The notes under the pieces are model-generated. The model saw only the letters and a list, made by a program, of their open reading frames with translations. It ran no database searches and was not told the DNA's origin. DNA of 64,000 bases, from the NCBI RefSeq assembly GCF_009914755.1, contig NC_060925.1; one strand, written 5' to 3'. The position numbers and the translations under genes are program-made. Of this stretch, positions 1-10,866 are shown piece by piece. How positions within the stretch are numbered: position 1 is the first letter of the stretch; each line of letters starts with the position of its first letter. The stretch is from the human T2T-CHM13v2.0 reference genome, Homo sapiens.

Positions 1-3000
1 GCCCCTGATCCCCTTAGTTCAAGGAAGAAACAAAGACCCCGAGAGTTTCACCTGCGCTTCCAGCACACCACAGTCACCATACAGGCAGCAAAGCACAGTC
101 CCTCCTCCCTATGAATCCTCAGTGCCCCACTCCTCAACGAGCTGAGCCCCTAGTTGTGGCCAGCAATGTAACTTCCCATTCTCTAGCTGAACATTCCCAG
201 TAGCAGCAGCTCTGCATCTCTCTGAGGTGCAGCTCCCAGAGGCAACCAAAAGCCCCTCTGCCACTGCTGCTGCAGTGGTACTGCCCTGCTGCCTTCAGAC
301 TGGGGAAGGAACTGCAGTTGCCCTAAGGAGAAGAACTCAGTCTATCTCTCTTGTGACCCACCCGTAGCCCTGCTCTTCACCAAACCGGGACCCTCTGGCT
401 TGGGCCCACAGCACAGCTGCCCCATCTTTGGCCAATTGCACTGGCTGATAGCAGCTCCTCGTTTCTCTGGGGTGGACCACCAAGAGTCAAGTGAAAGGCC
501 CTCTGCCATAACCACTGCTAAGGTTTCTTCTGCTGCAGCCTTCAAGCTGGCGAGGGAACATAAAATCTGAGCTCATCCCAGAGCTGCAGTGTGCCAAGCC
601 AAGATCTGGAGCCAGTACTCAAGTGGGAAAGGAGCCCACACTTTCAGAGCACTGAGAGGGAGCATGCCCTGCATATGGCAGAGCAAGAGCCTACCTACTG
701 GCCAATACACTTAAGCACCACCTACTGGATCACAGCCCAAAACTTCAACACCAAAAATATTTTGCTAATATAGACCCCTGTGTAACCATGGACAAGAATT
801 TAGCTAGAAATTAAAACCCTGCACAAAGCCTCAGCTCTCTAACAACATCCAGGAAAGAAGGTTTCTAACTACTCAAAAGAAACAGTGCAAGAACTCTGGC
901 AATTCAGAAAGCCAGAGTGTCTTGTTTCCTCCAAAAGATTGCACTAGTTCCCCAGCAAGGGTTCTTAACCAGGCTGAAATGGCTGAAATGACAGAAATAG
1001 AATTCAGAATATGGGTAGGAATTAAGATAATTGACATTCAAGAGAAAGTTAAAACTCAGCTCAAGAAATCTAAGGGTTTCAATAAAATGATACAGGAGCT
1101 GATAGAAAAAATGGCCATCATAAAAAAGAACCAAACTGATCTGATAAAGCTGAAAAATACATTACAAGAATTTCATAATGCAATTGCATGTATTAAGAGC
1201 AGAATGAAATAACCTGAGGAAAAAACCTCAGGGCTCAAAGAAATAGCTCAATCAGAAATGAAATAGAGAAAAAGGAATTAAAAAGAATGAAAAATCTTCT
1301 GAGAAAAATGGGATTATGTAAAGAGACAAAGTCTAGAACTCATTGGTGTCCCTGAGAGAGACAAGGAGAAAGCAAACACCTTTAAAACATATTTCAGGAT
1401 ATCATCCATGAAAAATTCCCCAACCTTGTTAGAGAGGCAAACTTTCAAATTCAGGGTACATAGAGAAATCCTGTGAGATACTACACAAAAAGACCATCCC
1501 CAAGACACATAATCATAAGCTTTTCCAAGGTCGAAATGAATTTAAAAATGTTAAAGACAGCTAGAGAGAAGGGGCAGGTCACTGGGCAGGTCACCTACAA
1601 AAGGAACCCTATCAGACTACAGCAGAACTTTCAACAGGAGCCTGACAAGCCAGAAGAGCTTGGGACCTATATTCAGCATTCTTAAAGAAAATAATTTCCA
1701 AGCAAGAATTTCACATACAGCCAAACAAAGCATCAAAAATGAAAAAGAAATGAGATCCTTTTCAGACAAGCAAATGCTGAGGGAATTTGTTACCACCAGA
1801 CCTGCCTTATAAGAGATACTGAAAGGAACACTAAGTATGAAAAGGAAAGAACATTACCAGACACTACAGAAACACAATTAAGTACACAGAATAGTGACAC
1901 TATAAAGCAACCACAGAAACAAGTCTGCATAATAATCAGCTAACAACACAATGACAGGATCAAATCTGCAGATGTCAATATTAACCTTTAATGTAAACAG
2001 GCTACACACTCCACTTAAAAGTCACAGAGTGGCAGGCTGGATAAAGAAGCAAGACCCAATGGTATACTGTCCTCAAGAGACCTGTCTCACATGCAATGAC
2101 ACCCATTGGCTCAAAATAAAAGGACAAAGAAAAATCTACCAAACAAATAGAAAGCAGAAAAAAAAAACAGAGGGTGCCATCATAATTTCAGAAAAAACAG
2201 ACTTTAAACCAACAAAGAGTTAAAAAGACAAAGAAGGGCATTTCATAATGGTAAAGGCTTTCATTCAACAAGAAGACCTAACTACCTTGAATATATACAC
2301 ACACAACACAGGAGCACCTAGACTCATAAAACAAGTTCTCAGAGACCCACAAAGAGACTTAGAGTCACATACAATAATAGTGGGAGACTTCAATACCACA
2401 CTGGCAGTATTAGATCGATCATTCAGGCAAACAAAAAAAAATAGCAAAGATATTCAGGAACTGCACTCAATACTTGACAAGATGGACCTAATGGACATTT
2501 ATGGAACTCTCAACCTAAAACAATGGAACACACATTCTTCTTACTGCCACATAGCACACACTCTGAAGTCGACCACACGATCAGATATAAAACAATCCTC
2601 AGCAAATTCAAGAAAACAGAATCATACCAACCACCTTCTCAGAACACAGTGCATAAAAGTATAAATCTATAGTAAGAAAATGGCTCCAACCATACAATTA
2701 CATGGAAATTAAACAGCCTTCTCCTGAATGACTTTTGGGTGAATAATAAAGGCAGAAATAAAGAAATTCTTTGAAACTAATGAGAACAAAGATAAAATAC
2801 ATCAGAATCTCTGGGACATTGCTAAGTCAGTCTTAAGAGAGAGGTTTGTAGCACTAAGCGCTCACATCAAAAAATTTAAAAGATCTCAAATTAACAACCC
2901 AACATCACAACTAGAAGAACTAGAAAAGCAAGAACAATCAATCCCCAAGCCAGCAGGAGAAAAGAAATAACCAATATCAGAGCTAAACTAAAAGAAATTG

Positions 3001-6000
3001 AGATGTGAAAAAAACACACAAAGATCAACGAATCCAGGAGTTCATCTGTTGAAAAAATTAATAAGAAAGATTGCTAGATAGACTAAAAAAAGAGACAAGA
3101 TCTAAATAAACACAATTAGAAATGACCAAGGGAAATTACCACTGACCCCACAGAAATACAACAATCCTTCAGAGACTACTATAATCACCTCTATGCACAC
3201 AAGCTATAAAACCTAGAAGAAATGGATAAATTCCTAGACACATACAACCTCTGAAGACTAACCCAGGAGGAAACTGAATAACTGAATAGACCAATAACAA
3301 GTTCTGAAATTGAATCAGTAAGAAAAAGTCTACCAACTAAAAGTAGCCCATGACCAGATGGATTCACAGCCAAATGCTATCAGATGCATAAAGATGAGCT
3401 GGTACCATTCCTACTAAAACTATTCAAAAAACTGGGGAGGAGGGACTCCTCTCCAATTCATTCTATGAGGCCAGCATCATCCTGATAACAAAAGGCAGAG
3501 ACACAACAAAAAAAGAAAACTTCAGGTGGTTATTCTTGATGAACATACATGCAAAAATCCTCAAAAAAATACAAGTAAACAAAATCTAGCAGTACTTCAA
3601 AAAGCTAGTCCAACACAATCAAGTAGGCTTTATCTCTGGAATACAAAGTTACATATACAAAACAATAAATGTGGTTCATCACATAAACAGAACCAAAAAG
3701 CTACATAATCATCTCAATCGATGCAGAAACAGCTTTCAATAAAATGCAACATCCCTTCATGTTAAAAACCCTAAATACTCTAGACATTGAATGAACATAC
3801 TTCAAAATAATAAGAACCATTTCCAACAAACCCACAGCCAACATCATACTTTATGGACAAAAGCTAGAAGCACTCCCCTTGAAAACTGGAACAAGACAAG
3901 GATGGCCTCCCTCACCATTCCTATTCAATAGAGTACTAGAAATCCTGGCCAGAGGAATCAGGCAAGATAAAGAAATAAAAGGCATCCAAGTAGGAAAAGA
4001 GAAAGTCAAACTATCACTTTTTGCAGATGACAAAATCCTGTATTTAGAAAAACCCATAGTCTCTGCAGAAAAGCTCTTTGATCTCATAAACAACTTCAGC
4101 AAAGTTTCAGGATACAAAATCAATATACAAAAATCAGTACACATTCCTATAAACCAACAACATCCAAGCTGAGAGTCAAAACAGGAATGCAATTCCGTTC
4201 ACAATTGCCACAAAAATTGACAAAAGGATTTATTGTATTCATCAAGGTTGGAAATCACCATACTACATTTTTTTCTAGAGCAGGCTATTTGTGGGATGAG
4301 AGGGTTTTCTTAGAATGTAGTCTGTTTTGTATATTGTGTCTTATGTGACAGGCACTGTGTACATCACTTTGGATCCATTTTTCTCATAATCTTCAAATCA
4401 AAATAATGAGGCAATCATTTCATTTTTTACATAAGGAAACTGAAGCTTGGAGAGGTTAGGCAATCACAGAGAGGCTAACCAAGGAGGTAGTTATTAACAA
4501 TAAGAATTACAAAACACTGCTCAAAGAAATGAAGGAACACAAACAAATAGGAAAAGTTCCATGCTCATGGATAGGAAAAATCAATATTATTAAAAATGGC
4601 CAGATTTCCCAAAGCAATGTACAGATTCAATGCTATTCCTATCAAACTACCAATGACATTCTTCACAGAATTAGAAAACACGATTTTAAAATTTATATAA
4701 AACCAAAAATGAACTTGAATAGTCAAAGCAATCCTAAGCAAAAAGAACAAAGCTGGAGGTATCACTTGACCCAACTTCAAACTATACTGCAAGGTTACAG
4801 TAACCAAAAGAGCATAGTACTGGTACAAAAACAGACACATAGACCAATGAAACAGAATAGACAGCCCAGAAATAAGGCCGCCCACCTACAATCACTGGAT
4901 CTTTGACAAAGTTGACAATGACAAGCAATGGGATAAGGACTCCTTTTTCAATAAATGGTGCTGAGATAACTGGCCAGCCATATGCAGAAGATTAAAACTG
5001 GACCCCTTCCTTACACCATATACAAAAGTCAATTCAAGATGAATTGAAGGCTTCAGTGTAAAATCTAAAACTATAAAAACCCTGGAAGATGACCTAGAAA
5101 ATACCATTCTGGATATAGGGCCTGGAAAAGACTTCGTTTTGAAGATGCCATAAACAATTACAACATAAAGAAAAAATGACAAATAGGACTTCATTAAACT
5201 AATGAACTTCTGCACAGCAAAAGAAATTACCAACAAAGTAATCAAACTATCTACAGAATGAGAAAAAAAAAATTGCAAACTTTGCATCCAACAAAGATCT
5301 GTTATCCAGAATCTATAAAGAATGTAAACCAATTTACAAGAAAAAAATGAGCCACCCCATTAAAAAGTGGGCAAAGGATGTGAACAGACCCTTCTCAATA
5401 GAAAACATACACATGGCCAACAAACATGAAAAAATGCTCAACATCACTAATTATTAGAGAAATGCAAATCAAAACCACAATGAGGTAACATCTCACACCA
5501 ATCAGAATGACTGTTATTAAAAAGTCAAAAAATAACAGATACTGGTGAGCTTGCAGAGAAAAGGGAACACTTATATACTGCCAGTGGGAGTGTTAATTAG
5601 TTCAGCCATTGTGGAAAGCAGTGTGACAATTCCTCAAAGAACTTAGAACAGAACTCCCATTTGACCCAGCAATCCTAGTACTGGGCATATGCCCAAAGGA
5701 ATATAAATTATTCTACCACAAAGACACATGCATGCATATGTTCATTGCACCACTATTCACAATAGCAAAGACATGGAATCACCCTAAATGTCCATTGACG
5801 TTAGACTGGATAAAGAAAGTGTGGCACATGCACACCATGGAATACTACACAGCCACAAAAAACAATAAGATCATGTCCTTTGCACCAACATGAATGGAGC
5901 TGGATGCCATTCTTATAAACAGAGCTAAACAATGAGAGAACACATGGACCCAAAGAGGAGAACAACAGACACTGGCGCCTACTTGAAGATGGAGGATGGG

Positions 6001-6160
6001 AAGAGGGAGAGGATGAAAAAACAATTCTTAGTGGGTATCAAGCTTAATACCTGGGTGATGAAATAATCTGTCCACCAAACCCCTGTGACATGCAGTTTAC
6101 CTATGTAACAAACCTGCACATGTACCTCTGAACCTAAAATAAAAGTTAAAAAAATAATTT
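1..6160 (+). mobile_element. Near full-length degenerate LINE-1 (older primate L1PA13-16-like) in a PYHIN1 intron
   Basis: GC-rich 5'UTR-like region (1-~800); ORF1 fragments (922-1212, 1473-1685); ORF2 start MTGSNLQMSILTFNVNRL at 1951; endonuclease motif IIVGDFNT; RT motifs KTGTRQG and LFADD (3879-4172); 3'UTR ending aataaaagttaaaaaa at ~6150. Many stops and frameshifts. Confidence 0.95.
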
Positions 6161-7374
6161 TTGGTCTTACAGTCAACATTCAAATCCAGCCTTAATGAAC
6201 TCTAAAACTTAAGTATTTCATGGTCATATATTGCTTCCAGAGTCAGAATGTAGATGTTAAAATTTCTGAAATATTTTTCTATATATTTAAAGTCAGACAT
6301 CGTTATGGTTTGAGTTTGTTTCCATAATTCAGGTTCTGCAAGGCTTCGCATGAGAAATTAGGTAACTGTGACTCACTATTTCGTTCTTTCTCTTTCACTG
6401 CCATGTTAAGGCCTATGAATCAGATGCCTATATCTTCAGTAAATGGGCAGGCAACTTGAAGCTAAGGTAAAAGGAAAACTGAGTCACTATCTTCCAATCT
6501 AGTATCTTACCCATTACCATATTGCACTCTGACCAACCTTCTTTCTGCATCACTAATACATGTGTACCAGTTGAAGACAGGACTCCTATGTAAGGAGTTC
6601 TCATTTTTACATTTTGTTTTGTTGCTGCTTTTGTTCTTTTTGACTGGTGAATTCCAATAATTCATATTTCTCTGTACACTTTCTAAAATTACTATTTGTG
6701 GATAGTGCTATCAATCTAACCTATTTGCCATCTTACTTCAGGTGGTTAGATGGAGCCCATTCCTGGTCATTATCAGCTCTGATCCATTTACTCTCTGCTA
6801 CTTCAAAGACAAACATTTAAAGACAATCCATTTTCTGACGCATAATGGCTTAGACAAAATGGAGTGACAGTTTCTAAGTTCTTTTGTCTAAATATGTAAT
6901 ACAGCCATTTCTACATTCATAGGAATTATTCTGCTGTACATAAACTCCCTTAAATACAATAATTTTAGAAAGAGGCATGTATCTCCATGGCCACCTACAC
7001 CTAAATGTATCATGGACCTTTTCTGCTTTGGTGACCCACTCCAAGGTTGTCTCACCACTCAATCTATGATTCACCAGGTGAGCAGGAAAGCCTTGCCCAT
7101 TTACTCATCAAGGGTTCACTCAAAAATTTGTGTATGATATAGGTTCATTATGCTTTGGGATCTAAACCCCGAAGAAGACAGAAGCATGACCATCTGTCAT
7201 GACTCATCTAAAGCATAGATCACAGAATGGCATGAGTCATGATCAGGGATGCTATTAGGGAGAAATTACTATGAGGAAAATAATCAGCAATGATTTAAAT
7301 TAATATTCAACCAAAGCTAAGATCTTAGGCATCCAAATTCTGCTTCTGTAATGAAAATGTTTTTGTTTATATTT

Positions 7375-7585
7375 TATTATGTATATTTGTTAATGATTTA
7401 GGGGGTACAAGTGCAGATTTGTTACATGGTTAAATTGCGCAGTGGTGAAGTTGGGACTTTTAGTGTATCCATCACCTGAATAGTGTATGTTGTACCCATT
7501 AGATAATCTCTCATCCCTCACCCTACTCCCACACTTCCACCTTTCTGAGTCTCCAATGTCTATTATCACATCCCCTCTACGTCCA
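7375..7585 (-). mobile_element. L1 3'-end fragment (L1MA/L1PB-like)
   Basis: gggggtacaagtgcagatttgttacatgg...gtacccattagataatctctcatccctcaccc matches the reverse complement of an L1 3'UTR terminus. Confidence 0.75.
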
Positions 7586-7869
7586 ATATCACTTCTTGGC
7601 CTTTCCACTAAGATAACTGTAATATCTGATCTTATCAGTTTTGACTTATTTTGAAGAGATACTTGTTCAATTCACTTTTATCAATGAGATTAGACTACTA
7701 GCTTTGGTAGAAGGGAATAGAGACTAGCTTATTTAATATTTTACCCATACCTCCTCAATGAGATTTTCTACAACTGGGTCAACATAAAGCATAAAATATC
7801 TGTGAATAGAGCAAACAAACACACAAACACTGCATATACTATAACAATGAAAATAATAATGATATTTCT

Positions 7870-8050
7870 TCTTATTGAGCATTTACTGGATTCTGAAGTA
7901 AAGCTGTGTTTATTATAAAATGTATAGCATATATTCTTTATTGCATATCCATGAAGATACAACCTATATCTCATTTCACATATGAGAATCATGAGGTTCA
8001 GAGAAGTTAGAAATCTCTCCCAAGCTAATAAAGATAATTAGTATTAGTTG
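7870..8050 (-). mobile_element. MIR fragment
   Basis: ttattgagcattta...catttcacatatgagaatcatgaggttcagagaagttag resembles the MIR core. Confidence 0.55.
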
Positions 8051-8362
8051 AAAGATTCATATTCAACTTAGTCAACTAAAAAGTTTTTGTAGTTGAGGGA
8101 GTATGTTTCTTCCAGTGTGAGACAGTAGATATTAAAATATCTGTAATATATCAATAAGCATTTCAAATAGTGTTGAATTTTACATTTGTTTTTATAATCC
8201 AGACTCTTCAAGCTTCTAAAACAGGATGAGGTGCACAAGATGGCTAGGGTTTGTTGTCCTCACTTGGAAACCCTCATAAGCAAACTGATCTTTCAGCACT
8301 TTCCTTCCATCTCCTTAAGGACAAAAGAAAAATATTATGGAAATCTACAAATAGAAATGAAT

Positions 8363-8465
8363 GAGAGTGATTTGATATTGGAAGTAGAATGTCCTTAATT
8401 ATTTTCCTTAGTAAAGAGAGTGATTTGATATTGGAAGTAGAACGTCCTTAAGTGCTTTCCTTAGT
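8363..8465. repeat. 53-bp tandem duplication
   Basis: gagagtgatttgatattggaagtagaa(t/c)gtccttaa...ttccttagt occurs at 8363 and again at 8416. Confidence 0.9.
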
Positions 8466-9198
8466 GCTTAGAGAGAATCACGTGTGATTTTCCAGACACC
8501 CATTATCCTTACATTAACAAGATATATATATATATATATAAAGACATGTTCTGGGAATGCCCTAGTGAAATCTGAAACGGTTGTGATTGCTGTTGGGAAT
8601 CCTGAAGGATTTTGGATACCTGATGCAAATCACTGGATAAACAGAATACTGACTGGAACTGTGCTTTCAGAGAGTGCTGATAGCAAAATGAAGATCAGTA
8701 TCCCCAAACAACTGACAACTGATTTTTCTGGGTCCTGAAGTGCAAACTACAGGAATCCTTTGTGTATTTGCTTGATGAAAATGGCTTTCATCCATTTGGC
8801 TAACATTGTTCTGAAACTTACTACCCTTATAACTTAGGAGCATTACTTAACAAAAATAACTCCAGCAGAGGTGCTTGACCAAGTTAGCCTAGATGAGTTT
8901 TCACCAGAAACAGAGCCAGGACCCAATCACACACCTACAGAATTTCAGTCAATAAAACGAAGGCCAAAATGCCATTTGTGAATGTGCAGGTGAAGAGGTT
9001 AGGATATCTAAAGTTATGCTGCTAGCCAGAGAAAATGCAAGAAGGAAGACAATGTAAAAAGAATAAAAGAAAAAAATAAATTAAAAAATCAAACCAGATA
9101 GATGATGATATAGATACGTATAGATATAGAGGCAGATACATAATCAGGCTTCATCTCATAGTGAAACCATTAATCAGAAAAGTCGATCTTTTCTTCAG

Positions 9199-9367
9199 AA
9201 CACAGATGCCAGAATCACCCAAACATATGACTCCAATAAGATAGTATCCTTTCAAAGTGTATAGTCTGCATAGGTAAAATTCAGTCATTGGAGAACCTCC
9301 AACTCTGAACCATCCTCAGATGTCACAGAAAATGTCACAAACCCCATCTGGTAGTTCTTTAACCAAA
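9199..9367 (+). pseudogene. Degenerate pseudo-exon of the PYHIN 56-aa S/T/P-rich exon module
   Basis: Acceptor tcttttcttcag, 169 nt, donor gtacca. Starts NTDARITQTYDS and ends TPSGSSLTK (recalled IFI16/PYHIN1 module ends TPSSSF/SFTK). In-frame TAG and +1 length versus 168 nt. Confidence 0.7.
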
Positions 9368-10600
9368 GTACCAACTTCTTGTTGCCATTCTTTGTGCCTC
9401 CCTTTATTATACTTAAAGGGATAATCAGTATCTTGACAGAGCTTTTCAATCAATCTCTGACTAAATAGTTTTTTATTTTACTATATTTCTCATTCATTTA
9501 TTAAGTATATAATCAGAGATGCTACTAGATTCTAGGATTTTTATGATTTACAAGGGATACATTGATAAAATCATTCCTGACCTAAAGACATTATTGTGAT
9601 TTATGATCCAGATATAGAGAAAGAGTGGAGGAGAGTACACAAAGATGAAGAAATACAAGAGTGTGTTCCTCTCTTACATTTCATTGTTCATTCACAGATT
9701 TCCCTTTTGCTTCAGAACCATAACTCACAGTTTATTTTCAACATTCTTACTCTTTCCTACATGTTTTTGTTTCATACATGGTACTCCCTTTGTCTGGAAT
9801 CTTTTTCTCCTATTCCTTCACTGGCCTTTATATATTTTTGGGCCAGCCTAAAACTGTCTTCAAGCAAGACCTCCTGATAACCCCATCCAAAAATAAGACA
9901 GATCATCTCTTTGTGTCCTTCACATGTCCATTTATTTCCTTTATAATACTTGTCACCACAGTAATTATAGTATATTTTCAACCCTGTAAGTAATTGAGAT
10001 TATATATGCTACCTGCTCAGGTAAGTAAAAACAAAGGTCCATGAATGAGTTTATATCTGTGTGTATGAAATCCTATTCCATGCTGCCTTTTACTTACCAG
10101 TAAGTTGGACTGTGTAGTCACCTGCCTCTGTGCCACAGCACCCTCTATCAGCAGTGAACAAGAAGTCAACTTAGAGAAAGAAAAGGGGAGTATTAAGTCT
10201 TTATTCTCTCATCTAGTTTTTCACCCAGGCCCCAAGATCCACACTGACCCAGCCTACAGCCTCAGTGACTCCCCCACACCTATGAGTTGAAGACAGACTT
10301 ATTCTTTACAGGAGTTTGCTATATGTGACTGGATTTTTCTTTATTATTTTGTTATTGTTACCCAAAGTTCATATTTTCCTGAAGAGTGTCTACAGATTTT
10401 ATCTGGTGGATCAGTAAGCAGGCAGTCATCTTGGCAGAAGTGGCCTCAAATAGACCCCATGCCTAATCATTTCCAGCTCAGATCCATTTTCTCTTATACT
10501 ATATGCTAGTTTCTGTGTATGCTGAAATGTGGGTTAAGAAAACTAAATGTATGCCAGCATCCAGAGAGATTAGCAGAGGGAAGATTCTATAAAAAGGGAT

Positions 10601-10604
<4 letters not shown>

Positions 10605-10646
<42 letters not shown>
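10605..10646. repeat. (CA)n microsatellite
   Basis: Direct CA run. Confidence 0.95.
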
Positions 10647-10647
<1 letters not shown>

Positions 10648-10746
10648 TGTATTACATCCAACTTATATAGGAAAATATTAAGCAGAAAAAACCAGTTCTT
10701 TCTGTCATAAAGTGAAAGACTAAATTACCCAAATTTATGACTCCAG

Positions 10747-10866
10747 AAGGATGAAACCCACCCAGGAGCACAGTCATCGCCTGCAAACTTTAGAATCACC
10801 TCACCAACTGTGGCCCCTCCTCTTTCTTCTGACACTTCCACCAACCGCCATCCAGCAGTTCCTTAA
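10747..10866 (+). CDS. PYHIN1: PYHIN1/IFIX penultimate exon, C-terminus of the alpha isoforms (exon ends 10871)
   Basis: ctccag|AAG GAT GAA... translates KDETHPGAQSSPANFRITSPTVAPPLSSDTSTNRHPAVP*, matching the recalled IFIX-alpha C-terminus; donor ATAAG|gtacca. Confidence 0.9.
   Translation, partial: KDETHPGAQSSPANFRITSPTVAPPLSSDTSTNRHPAVP

Noticed and set aside
922-5900. L1 ORF1/ORF2 peptides in the ORF track as functional genes
   Set aside because: Broken into short pieces by many stops and frameshifts; not retrotransposition-competent.
6969-7077. Possible cryptic exon (ttttag|...caccag|gtgagc) in the PYHIN1 intron
   Set aside because: Weak pyrimidine tract, 109 nt, no recognisable PYHIN homology; such site pairs occur by chance.
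8484-8738. 84-aa ORF that looks protein-like
   Set aside because: GTG start, runs through a (TA)n repeat, no recognisable family and no splice structure.
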